Below, piece by piece: positions 13,665-26,700 of a DNA stretch of 64,000 bases. The position numbers and the translations under genes were made by a program. Below the pieces are notes generated by a model that saw only the letters and a program-made list of their open reading frames with translations, did no database searches and was not told the DNA's origin. The stretch covers positions 16,368,001-16,432,000 of the forward strand of contig NW_026889754.1 in NCBI RefSeq assembly GCF_033153115.1, written 5' to 3'. The stretch's first letter is position 1, and each line of letters starts with the position of its first letter. The stretch is from Saccostrea echinata. Its lineage: Eukaryota.

Positions 13665-14630
13665 ACAGTTATTGACTGCGTATGACGGCAATATATGATT
13701 TGTTGAACCTGAAGGTGAAAATGTTGCCCAAGGCCGCAGGCCAAGGGCAACATTTTCACATTCAGGTCCAACAAATCATATGTTTCCCAAATCCCAGTCT
13801 ATAACTGTTTTGGTATACCATTCACTTAAGATAAAACACTAAAATTGAAACCTTTAAGCAGATTTACTCATATGATTAAAAATTTCTTTATAAGTAATAT
13901 TCTGGCTATTTTAATAAAAATGACAACAATAAAAGAATGAAAAAACCCCAGTAAATTATTATATTATACTTTCATGTAAATTAGTTGAATCTGCTTCGTC
14001 GAGAAACATTTGTTAAAAAACAATATTACCCGTTGAATAATGAAGTCACGCCCTCCAGAGTAGCAACAATCAACATTGCTTGACGACGGGTGATTTTCCA
14101 AAAAAAATATTGACTGCGCAGAGTTTATGCGCGCAACGTTTGATTTAATATATATTTGTATAAAACATTCAGTATAATATATTAAATATATATAAAAAAA
14201 TGTGTTATTTTATAAATATTGTATGTAGTTGAGTGTAACATTGGAAATGTTCACCCCTCGAAAACGCCTCGGTTGACAATGGTTTTCTTGGGGTGAAAAT
14301 TATCAATGTTACACTCAACTACATGCAATATTTATATAATAGCAAATTTTTTTTTCACAAAACATTATTTTTCCCTTGACGCCTTCTTTTAAATAGTATG
14401 GTACGCGGTAACTCTTGAAACTTCGGTTCTTTCCGTGTCGCCAATATTGAACGACGACTAGTTACTTGTGACGTAGCAGTGACGTTGCTGTCTAACAATT
14501 CTTATGTTGGACTGACAGACCGACAACAATGAGATTGCTAAAAAACCCATAAAAAAAAAAAACATTTACTTTCTTTGACTTTTTTATTTGTAATAAATAT
14601 GTAGAAAGATATTTATAAGGGTATAACAAT
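13665..14630. mobile_element. Hairpin-type (Crypton-like) non-autonomous element with a second palindrome nested at 14210-14338
   Basis: Long imperfect hairpin centred on CCCAAGGCCGCAGGCCAAGGG (13670-13806); related hairpin at 50996-51136. Confidence 0.5.
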
Positions 14631-16123
14631 ACGTTATGGACAGTGCTCTCACTATCATTCAACTAAATAGGCTATCTTATATTGACGGTCTACAGTGAAA
14701 TTGTCTTTAGCTATTGCCAGTAGCTGTTTGTCCGTATGTTTTTTCCTACCCGGGGACTCCATAAAAGTTTTCGCTTAGAAAACTACAATTTCACTTGTAT
14801 GCTAAAGATCTAGTTATATTTGTATATCTTTTTCTTCTGTCGTCTTTTAAAGTCTCTTAGGGCGTCATTACTACAGCTAAATAAAACTGAACTGTCCTCT
14901 AGTGTTTTATAACGTCATCAAACGTCGCCATTTTTCGTGTGTTTTGTTTACACTTTCCCATTCCTAATGCTTGAGAAAGTGCCCAAAACTAAGGAAATGC
15001 CTTTAAATTTTCCAAAAGACGACATAAAAGATAGTGGATTACAAATAGGATAATTTTTACCCCAACCTTATCTATTCAACATTTTTATTCCGAAATAATA
15101 CTTATGTATTCTTTTATGATTCCCTGGTTTTTTAATCGTGCGTCGTAGGACCCTACCCTGTGCACATTCAAACATAATAAAATCTTTATTTTTGTATATA
15201 TTTTATCAAAAAATTAAGATGTACTTAAATATGATAAATAAACATTTGCTGAAATTTCAGCTTAGTACGCCCATTATCGTTCTATATAAATGCTTTGTCC
15301 ACGATTTTCCGGACAACCTACGTATATATAGCCTTAACTTTTAACATTTTTGATGAAATAGTTTGGACTCAAAATGAAAAGATTTTTTAGTGGTCTTAAG
15401 GAGATTATATGATCAAATTAGTATGACGCACAAGCGCTTTACTCTGAATGGCTGAAACAAAAATCTCAACAACTTTCTTATTTTCAGACAAAATGTTTAG
15501 AAATGTAAAATAGAGGTTAGTATAAAAAAATATTCTACAGTGTTATATACACGAAAATTCTTGAAACACACGCTTCAGATGTGTTGCAATTTGATTGGCT
15601 GAAACTTTTAATTACCCTTCCCCCCTAGTTTTTGACAAGGCAGGAGAAAGTTTAGGCATGATTGACCTCTACATTAAGCTACTATTTAAATGTAACGCAA
15701 AGATATATATGCAAGTCTATTGAAATCTGATTGGCTAATACATTTTAGGATATACATGTATCTCTTTTACTATTCAGTAAATACTTTGGAATTTAAGACA
15801 AGGTTTTCCATAAAGTTCGTGTTAAAAGCGAATGGACATAGCTATATTTATTGCATACCAAAATCTTACCTATATAAATCCAAGTCATATTAGTTTGGTT
15901 TGGATATTTGAACTTAATATATTTTTAAAAATCGCGGTCTTCAAAGATCGCAGATAGTGTACACAGAGAGTGAAAGAGCATATGTAACTATTTTACTATG
16001 ATCCGTAATTTTTCAAAATCTTTTATTGTTTTCTTTTTCCTAAAAAATGAATTTCTACATTTATTTCTTTTGTTCATTATAGTAATTTTTTTAAATTTTG
16101 ATTTGTATGCGTATTTTTTGTAA

Positions 16124-16306
16124 TCGGAAGGTCGTAAGTTCGAATCTCGGCCGCGACTGACCTAAGTCGATAAAAAATAGGTAGCAACTGTTCCTTTGCC
16201 ATGCGCCCGGCACTTTGAAGTGAATTGGCGGGTCCTTCGGATGAGACCTTAAAAACCGAGGTCCTGTGTCAGACAGGCGTTTGTAAGATAAATAACCCTC
16301 ACTGCT
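16124..16306 (+). mobile_element. Partial SINE copy
   Basis: Box B GTTCGAATC through the core. Confidence 0.75.
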
Positions 16307-17607
16307 GTATTATGTATCTACATTTTAGCTCTAAATTTACATGAAAATAGGGGGATGTCAGGTCCATAGTTAAATTACCCTTATTGTCCTACCTTCTAGA
16401 AAACAAAACATCCCCAAAAAAGTTAGGCAGAGAAGGTTGAATCCACTCATCTTTCACTTCTAAGCCAAATCACTTCAACACAATTTCAATTTCAGTTCAA
16501 CATTGCCCAGCTTTCGTGAAAGCTTCATGACTGTAAACGTTATTCTATGAACCGCTGAACTTCCTTCTGCTCTGCTCTTATCTTACATATACATATGTTT
16601 ACGAGGAAGAAAGTAAATTCTGCCAATTTTTTTTTTAACTAACAAGGATGTGATATAGTTTGTGGAGAAATATTACGTCTTAATATCACATTTTGTTTCT
16701 CCCTCTGTTACCTGCTGAGAGATCTTTTCATGAGTTGTCCCTTTTATCTCTATGAATGAATTGATCCTCCAATTCCGTACAAGAAGAAATAAATGCATTT
16801 ATTCTTGCTAACCTGATCATCAGTCGCTACAAAACCCCACAAATTTTCGAACATTTAAAGCTTGCTAATAACGATTATATTAACTTTTGATATATATATT
16901 TTTTCACTGATAAAATGGCAAGCGACTTTTTCACTACTTTTCACTACTTCAAATAAAAGAAGTCTTTTATAGTATTTTTTGCATTATTGTTATGATGGAT
17001 ATATTAATACAAATTTTCATATGTTGTCAAAATTTTAATAAGGTTGCATTTCCGAATCTGTGAGCGTCCTTTAGTCACATGGCATTAAGAATCAGTGCTG
17101 TTCCTGACTTATTGATTTTTTTTTTTACAAATTAAGCAAATGACTAATAATCCGTTAGAATAAATTAGACATAAACCTTATCGCCTTTTTTTTAGATATA
17201 GAAAATGTCATTGAAGAAAAATCGAATTCCGAAAAACATTTAAGAATGTTACTCTCATCCAAAAAAAAAGCCAAGGCTGTCAATGATCGGAAAATTATCC
17301 ATTAAAGGAAAGACTTGGGTCGAAATACACATTTGTTAATTTTTTGTTAAATCTTTCACAAAAAGACTCAGCTTTATTATAATCTTTCACATTTCATTAC
17401 TAGTTGCCCAGAGTGAAAGTAAGATGTGAAGGAAGCATGTAAAGTCTTTTTATTTTTATTCAAAAGTAAAATGCATGTTACTCATGTATGTTACTCATTA
17501 TCATTATCTATTTTTTTAGATATATATTTTTTTGATATCTTATTTTTCTTGTTTTTCTGAAAATTATTAAGTAGTCTTGTGAAATTAGCATCTTACTGCC
17601 ATCACTT

Positions 17608-18522
17608 CGCAGGTAGGTTAAGGCTTCCCGTAGAATATCACAGTGCACTCTGTGCCTTCACTTCTCTGAACCACCAAAATATGACGTCATAATGGAAAAT
17701 GACGTCAAGTCGCTGCCAACTTGAGGTGTTATGACGGGGAGAGTGTCATGAACTTTACAACTTTACACTTTATTTCAAACTGCACGTAAAATGCGAGATA
17801 CCTATTGCAAAATTCACGGGTTGTTAAAGGTTTTTTAAGTCTTTGATGTCCGAATATTTTATAAATACACCGCTTACCTACCCTTGATTGATATTCAGCA
17901 TGTTCAAAATGCTTATGAAAAATATACTTTTGAAATGTTCTGTGTTTTATACCCATGGTTGGAGGTAGAATTTATTTTGTGTGTATAAAAGAGTCCGGCG
18001 CAGGTGATTAATAAGGATTAATCTGAGAATTTTTGTGGAAATCTGTAAGAAGAGGTTGTTCTCTAACCGAATCTTGCTTGGGAAAAATGTGTGTTGGCTT
18101 TGTTTTAATACAGATTACGATATTGTCTGGAAATACCCTCAAATTTGTAGGTAAGTTAAATTTCTCACGAAATATTTTGTACCCAAGTAATACTATGACT
18201 TTTCCCAAGCACATTTCGGGTACACAAGGATACGATGAGTTCATTTATATACCAAAATGTTATTAATTATGTGTTAATCAGCTGCGCCGAAGCGATTTAT
18301 ATGAAACACTTCAAAAAATTATAAATGACCGTCACGTGATCAACAAAATAATGTGATAACATACATGTAACAAATATGTTAATATATAGACGAGGAAACC
18401 CTCTATATTAATTGGAAGTACTAAAGTTCAATACTTATAAATTAAAACCAAAACCGACCTCGCAATGCAATATTATGTTTTGAGCGCATTTTAAAGCTTC
18501 GGGAAGCATTAACATTGCTGCG
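17608..18522. mobile_element. Non-autonomous 915-bp element with CGCAG-type TIRs related to the 18.4-kb transposon
   Basis: Left CGCAGGTAGGTTAAGGCTTCCCG, right CGGGAAGCATTAACATTGCTGCG; TT on both flanks (2-bp TSD). Confidence 0.8.
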
Positions 18523-18991
18523 TTCTTTTTTCTTTCTTTTTTTTTTTTTTACATTTTGTACATAGGATCGAAGAATTTTCATCTTTTCATGTTAACCTCG
18601 ATTCTAGCAGCTCTTTCAAAGTACCATAGAATGCAAGCTTTCAATTTGGAGTGACGTTTTTATGTTTACGAATAACATGTATGGGCCGTAGTGATGAACT
18701 TTTGCATTTTGTCGTAAAGCACGACGGAGGAAAGTCTGATCGGTGTTTTAAAACACTGCCCGTCTTTATTATGAAAAAAAATAATGAAAACAAATCAGTG
18801 TACCTGATTCTTAAACTTACATTCCTTATGAATCACACATGATATTCATGGGATATGCTTTTAAACTCTCATTTCATATATTTGTTTAAATGAATTTTCG
18901 TTGCGTTTCATTTTCACTCGGCGAATGTTTGATTAACATTGACGTTATGTGTTAGCTTTTTAACCCCTATGACATACTTCGTTATTTATAC

Positions 18992-20385
18992 CACGAAATA
19001 TGTGGAGATAAGGAACAGTATTCGAGCTCAAAAGTCCATTAAATATTACAAAACAGGAGCAAAGCAAACATTGACCTCTAAGAAATCAGAGGTGAGATAA
19101 TGTGTAATGGAGGAGTGAGCATCTCCTGCCGACCGGTCACACCCACCGTGCGCTCCTTGTCATGATCGGGAAATAACGGAAAAATCCGTCGACAATTCAG
19201 TGTGTAAAGAATGGCCTTACAATTAGTATGAAAAAAGTCAGTCAGCATTTGACTTAACGATAGATTGTATTTGCTGACAAGGTCATTGTATCGACCATAA
19301 AATTTACGAAATGATGACTTTAAACAAGACTGCTGATATTCCTGTTTCATCAACTTGTTTGTCAATAACTTACCTCGTTTTAGAAATTGTTCATACGTAA
19401 AGCATGCTCTGGTGTATCGAATCAACTGAGAGATATAAACCCCGTATGCAGGTGATGAAGGTATATTGCTGCATAAGTAAGGCAAGTAGACGATTGAAAA
19501 GTTAAAGTCATCACGTTTATCATAAAGCTTGGTTGTTAGATTACTATTAACGTCTTTTTCTTATAAAATATATAAATATGAAACAGATGTGTTAGACACT
19601 GTGGTATCTTTTATCTCAAGATCACCGGGATATATCATGTCGACATAAGAATGAAAAAAAAAAACATTGTTAATTGACAATACGTTGTCGATTTATCTAA
19701 ATGTCGAGTTGAAGGCCACAGCAAGTATTTTCTTCTTTTCACGTAAAAGAATTTGAACAAATTCTGCTTCATTAGAATACAAAAAAAGTCTGCTAGTAAC
19801 GGGGCGCAATTGGTACCCATGGAAATTCTTATAGATTGTTGGAAGACCTGGTCTCCAAAAACAACATAGTTATTGTCAATCAGAAACTCAAGCATCTTTA
19901 ATGTCAACTTCAGAGTACTTGTGTGTACAAACAGATTGTTTTCTTACAAAGTTATTTTGCAAATGACCAATAACAAGATAAGTAAATTTACGAGTTCCAT
20001 TTTTATTGAAAAAGCAGCTGTCAGAAAGTCTGGACTTTAATTTATCGTGGGAAGAGTTGTATATTAAGTTGAAAAGTTTTTATGTTGTTGATTTTGGTAA
20101 AATTTTGTAATTTCAAATGTTCCCAAAGTTCCTTGGAATTTTTTAATGCCCACAGCTGATTTACACCACTTCTCGAATATATTGTTGCACAGAACTCTTG
20201 AAGTTTCTCTTTCACTACTGTTAATATCTTAGTAAGGAGTGAAGAAAGAGGCTTAGTAGAACATTTACTGGAACCCGTTATGTATCTTTGTTTGCACAAA
20301 TTTGAAGTTTCGGAATCCAATATAGATATGGTAATTCAAATTCATTTTGGTTTTTGGGAATATTAAATATATTCAAAAAATGAAA
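18992..20385 (-). mobile_element. Decayed Penelope-like retroelement RT and 3' end
   Basis: RYITGSSKCSTKPLS, ISMGTNCAPLLAD, YDKRDDFNF, SNIPSSPAYGVYISQLIRY; frameshifted. Confidence 0.8.
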
Positions 20386-23319
20386 CCTTTATCAATAACC
20401 TTTTCGTTACTCAGACATCTCTATCACTCACCACTGCCTACAACTTATACCTCCTATTATTAACCCGCGCTCTCTAAGTTACACTAAATTTATTAATAAA
20501 CGAAATCTCTCAGCTTTTCTTCTCTACCTTTAAATCCTTTTACAATCTAGATTCTAGGAAGTCACCAAAATTCTCTAAATACACAGTATCTCTTTACTCA
20601 GTTCTTAATCTTTACAATCATGCATTTCCAACTTGGTTGGAAACCTTCAGCTTTAGAAAACTTTTTATTTGAATGAGACAAAATACAATTTTACAATTTA
20701 TTATAATGGTTAACTCTCAAATAAACAAACAACAATTCTAAACTCTGTCTCAGTCTGTCTCTAGTCTAGTCATCTGCAACTTCTCCCCAATGCTTATGTT
20801 GGAAAAGTAAAACTCCAAAGTTTAAATTGCTAACTCTCAAACTTTCTTCCAGACCTCCTGGATGAAAGTAAAAACCAAAAACTAAACTTAATCCCATGAA
20901 CTTAATTTTCTAATCAATTTCCAACACTAGTAAAATTCCAGTAAATTTCTAAGTCTTAAATCTGTAATTAAACAACAGCAGAAATTTAGAAATAAACTAG
21001 CTTCCTCAGCTGAATGTATAAATTACCTAAATCCTAGGAAAACAACTCAAATGATTGCAATAAATTCTCAAAGTTTACACCTGTTTGCTAAAAATTCAAC
21101 AAAGAGCAAATTCCAAAGTCCAATTCCTCCGTGAAAAGTCACTAAAATTGACCAAAACTTCCTATAAAATTCCACAAATATTCCGAAAGTTCCTAAAATG
21201 TGCTCGAAATATCCCTGACTCTTCTTAAAATATAATTAAAAAGTCATTCTTAGGTCTAAATTCAAAACGCCCTACTAATGCTAAGTTCTAAATCCTTACC
21301 CCTAAAAACGCAGCTTCTCTTAACAAAAGATCCTAGCAGAAGAGGAAAAATTCCTTGAATCTCTCTTTTTCATACAAAAACATGACGTAAAAGTTGGAAA
21401 ATGTTGAAAACGTCGGAAAATAATGGAGAATCTACCGCGACATCTCCTGTAAGCGGCGAAGTTTATAGAAAAATCGAATAACTACATACAAGACAACTAT
21501 TCTGAATCAAAGTAATCCATTTAATACAACAAATAACACGATTAACTCTAAAAATCATCAAACTATCGTAACATTTGCGATCGGGCTCGAACTCCCGCAA
21601 TTACGACGACAAAATTTGTAAACAATTCCTGCTAGTTTTACAACGAGACAATTACCACCGAAAATCAACTAAAAACACGTTAAACTATAAGAAAGCATGA
21701 TTTCATCTATAAAGCTACGGTTTATCAGCTAAAGAAGACCAGTTAAAAGTCCCTGACATAATAAGTAAGCAAAAAATTCCACAACTCTACTACAGCTATG
21801 AGCAGCTGATTTTTACGTAACTCAAAACATGTGCACAAACTGTATCAACACATACAAATCACTTAAACTTGTCAATAATCACCTATCAATTACACGAGAA
21901 GCATAAATTATACATATTCCTGCAATGTCAAGTAAATATCCATATATACTAGTTCATCTCAACTTTCCTACAAACGTCAACAATAATCAGGTTCAATAAC
22001 TCTGTACAAAACAATCTGTCAAATCACTGGATTGTTACAATATCATGTCTTAGTTTGATAACTTTCAGATAAAGCGGCAATGTATAAAATTGAATGCCAG
22101 GACTGATTACTTTTATTTGTAATTATAGGAACCAAATGGAGAACAAATAATGCATATTTAGACATGACAGCGGCAAATCGTAAGTTTGTTTATAAAGGTT
22201 GTAACATTTTGATTCCCTTAAAGACAACCAACTTTATTCTACAGTATTAATAAGTCATACATCGAAATAATGGTAAAGAAAACGTGGTAGAGGCAGATTG
22301 TGTGTGTGTGTAAAAATTACTTTAATTATCATCTAACTTTGAAACTATATATTTATTTCAGCTCAAAATTTTACAACACAGATTTTCAGGAAAATATCGA
22401 ATATGTGGTGTCTGAACCTTGCATTTACATCAGCTTGTCTAAGCGAACTTTTCATATTTCCAAACTCCCATATAATGTAAACTTGAAAAAAACTACAAGA
22501 TGACACTGCAAACTTTTCAGGTCATCTGCCTTATTATTCTTCCATATTTCCCAGTTTATATGCTACTTTTCACGATAAATAGACATATGGGCAATAATCA
22601 TATGGTCCATGTATGATACGTTTATTTTTTAACATTTTTACATGAAATACGTCTTCTTTTTTAAAAATGGAGTATGGAAAATTTGCGATGCATATATAAA
22701 ACTACCTATCTTCTAGTGTGTGTAGATAGTAGTTATATTTTGGCAAACCTGTTTATCAAAATACGAAAATTTATACTGTTATAGCTATACGTGTGCATCG
22801 TCGGCAAACTCGTCGAGGTATCGTCCTATATAATTTATATGCGCAGATCATTTGATTGCTTGCTGCATAGAGTTGCAATGGTAAATCAATGAATCCTAGT
22901 TTACGTCACGTATGTATGTTCGACAATGATAAAAACTTCCCCGGAATTAACACACCGATTGCACGAATCCACTCATTGGTGCATTTCGCAGTTTAGGAAT
23001 GGTACTACTATATCATTTCTGACTGGTATTTGATGCCAGTTACCTGTACGACTTGTCTTTTATCGCTTTAAAACAAAATTCGTACGTTTTAACAGGTGTC
23101 AAATTTTAGCATAAACAGCAAACTAGGATGCGTATTTGTAATGTTTTAATGGACTTCTGAGCTTGATTACTATTTGCTGTCTAAATATTTCATTGACATA
23201 TAATTTCTTCCTTACAGGATTTAAGACGTATATTGCAATATAAATTTTCAAGATTTATTTAGCTTTCGTTTTTCAATACAAAGTACCCTAAAACTGGAGC
23301 AACTTGATTCTATAGACAG

Positions 23320-23322
<3 letters not shown>

Positions 23323-23398
<76 letters not shown>
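23323..23398. repeat. (TA)n microsatellite
   Basis: Perfect dinucleotide run. Confidence 0.95.
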
Positions 23399-23401
<3 letters not shown>

Positions 23402-23573
23402 AAAAAAAACCTATGACTGTACAATAAGGTTCATTCAAATAGTACTTCTTAGAAAAAAAGGTGAAGTGGTTAACTTTTCTTGATCAATAACAGAAGTTCT
23501 TTTCTAAACAAACTAATCGACAATCTTCTCATTGGAGTTCACTAGAGGACCAATCCAAAGACTGATCAGGTGT

Positions 23574-23744
23574 TTACTTGGCGTCATCCTGCGTTTTCTG
23601 TATAGGTGGCGCTTTTTTGGAGAAATCCACGAACACGTACTCTGTTCTCTTTTCTTCTCCGTGTATGACTGGTCTCCCCTTTATGTCTGAGTCGAAGTTC
23701 TTGTTTGTAAATTCCACCTCGATATATACTAAACCATCCTGATT
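23574..23744 (-). CDS. IgSF receptor last coding exon with LVYIEV (ITIM-like) and TEYVFV (ITSM-like)
   Basis: cag|NQDGLVYIEVEF...RTEYVFVDFSKKAP...DDAK*. Confidence 0.85.
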   Translation of the reverse strand, partial: NQDGLVYIEVEFTNKNFDSDIKGRPVIHGEEKRTEYVFVDFSKKAPPIQKTQDDAK

Positions 23745-26700
23745 CTGCGAATCAGTAAAAAATATTCCAAAAATATTTTTGTCAAAAAATTCAAAAAAAA
23801 TTCTAAGAAAAGAAAAAAAATACGAAACATATGTTTTGTAGAGACAGTAGATTTGGTTATCGTCACTATACATACTAAATTTTATCTCCGACGAAGGAGA
23901 ATTTGATTCTAAAAATTATTTATTTTTAGAACGCACACTCTATACGTTTTTGATATTATGGCTTACTATGGACTCACTAGATCATAAATATTTTATAGTA
24001 TATATATTTATAGCACAAAATAGCAACAGTGATCTTGTTCTATAAACATATTAGACATTTTTTAATTATGGTAAAAATAGATCCGGATAAGAAGGGGGTC
24101 TATTTGACTCGATGATTCTCTCCCCTATGTCGCTAAATTTTTCGTTTTCATAAATTCACATGTTCATGAGCATATATATAGAATAGGCGTGAAATCCCTC
24201 TTCTTTTATGACGCTTATCACAAAGTAGGATTTTTAAATTTATTTGTCCTACTAAAAAATCGAAAATATTGTTATCATTTGAAATATCTATATGTAACAG
24301 TAAACACACTTTTAGTTTTGCTTGATTGATAGTTTTTTTTGAAATTATATTTCCACTATATGAATTCCATTCCCGAAAAAAATCTACAAACCGCCATTTC
24401 CCGATCACGTCATATTGGATAAATGCTTGATGGATTGTTTTTAGCATCATAACAGATGTAATAATCATACAACGGACTAGGTATAATAATCTAATAATCA
24501 TATCACTGACAAGCTATAAACATCATAACACTGACTTGATAAAATAATCATACATTTACCACTGACTAGATATAAACATCATACTACGGACAAGCTAAAT
24601 ATCATACCACTGTACGCGAATCGCTGTTCATGATAGATGCTTCTGCTTCTTCTTTCTTTCCTTGCAATTTCTTCTCTTCAGTGCAAAATTTTATAAAAAT
24701 TATGGAAACCGAAATGAAATATGATGATTGCAATTTTGGAGAGAGAGAGAGAGAGAGAACCATTTTTATCCTTGACGTCACTCTTCATAACTTCAGTCTG
24801 TTGTTTATTCTTCATCTGGAGACTCTTGTCAACTGCAGCGTATAAAACATCCGGCTGAGTGTTGTCTGGTTCTGGAGCTTGAAGAATTAAATTATGTGAA
24901 AAGTGAACTGACTAATGAACTGTATAAAATTACAGTTGTTGTAATCATGTCCTCATGACATTCGTTGTTCATAATGCTATATATCAAATTCTCATACACA
25001 CCCTACTGTGAACCAACAATATTCGCGATACTTTCAAAAAGCTTGCCTGACTCAAAAAATAAATATCTATGGAACGTATAAGCAAGGGAAGTGCTAAATG
25101 TTTCTGTCATTAAGGAGCGACATAGTTACGCTACTTGATTACACAAGATGTACAACTGACTTTCTCAAATGTCATAACCAAATTTTATAGCTAGATTAAA
25201 GGACATGTCATAACCAAATATTAAAGATTAACGAATATCTAAGACATGCCACTGTCTGTTAGTCATTTATTAGTTAGCCCGCGGGCTGACTAGTTACGTT
25301 GAGATGAAAATGCAATGAAAATGGGTAGACTGGAATTCTGGGGGAAAAATAGCTAAACGAGTCGTTCTAAAGAAATTAATATCACTCTTTAAGCATAACG
25401 CGATTCTTCTTGCACACTCTCTGGTCAGTGATAGATTGATGAGACGGCCTCATTCTCGACGAGTAAATTGTGAACAGTTTTAACAAGGAAAGTTGTCTTG
25501 AAGTGTTTGAGACAAAAATGCTTCAATTCTGCTCTAGGACGCAAAGTAAATGGCCGGGTCACTTTATAGCTAGAGGAAAACAATATACTGATAATCCCCC
25601 TGGACAAAACTCACTTGCAATGATGGTCTTAAAATATTTATTGTGAATGAGTTTGAAATACATCTTTGTGTACATTTTTTAAAATCGTTTACAATTTTAC
25701 TTTTCAATCGATTTCAGGACCTTTCTCCTTTCTTCTATATTAATAACGTGTTTTTAATAAAATGAAAACCAGTAGAGATGACGGTGATGTCTACGTCATT
25801 TGCCGATTCTTTACTTAGAATCTTACGGGAGTAAAGCTCAATCCTCTAAGGGTACTGGCCTATACTCTTGTCGCTATATTACAAAGAAACCCATGTTCTT
25901 CACAAAGCATGGAATGATATGCCAATGGCTGACTTTCTAAGTTTTATAAAAAGCTAACCTTGTAAAGTACATTATTTTGTTACATTGAAAGAAAAGAGGG
26001 AAACAGACTGAATCAAGAAGGGATGTCCATTTGCCAGGTGGAGAGAGTTTGTTTATGATTGGACTAGTCAACTTACGGGATACAAAATACAATGTAGTAA
26101 GAATAATTAGCAAATCAATTGCTTAAGTGTCTTCTGTCCGTATATAATATGTAATGCAAAAAAAATGTGATAAAATTCGCAGTTAATAAAAATTCTGAAG
26201 CTTGAGAATCAGGTTAAAGAACAAACGTTATTTCTTTCCATAGAAGTGATCACAACCATTCAATAGAACAATCCAAGCAAAAGGTGCGACGATAATTTAC
26301 GTGTGACATTTGGCGCGAAATGATTGTGTCACCCCTTTCGTAGAAGACAAATGGACTGAAGGAAGTAAACACATCATTATATGATTCTCTCTTCTGCAAA
26401 CCGTATTTGTTAAAATGGAGGTAACAAATTACGATATAAATCAGCTTGCACAAAATCTAGTTCACTTACTATGATCGCTTCGTTTCGTACAATGGAAAAA
26501 TTGATCCTTCTACTGTCTGACTCTCGTCGCGTCAGGCAATTAGGTGAATAATTGGCTCGCGACGAAAAATATTCGCGAATGAAAAAAAGGTCGCGAAACT
26601 CGCGAATAAAAGTTGGTTTACAGTATAACATGCCGCTGTCCTAAAGATTTTTTTATTGACTTATGGAAATCCACAGGGCACTAATCACAGATTGCTTTAT

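Noticed and set aside
17639-17681. RSS-like CACAGTG heptamer with an A-rich ACCAAAATA 27 bp downstream in the small elements (also 9226)
   Set aside because: It lies ~30 bp inside the true terminus, has no counterpart at the other end or in the large element, and the nonamer match is only 6/9. The two copies are homologous, so not independent.
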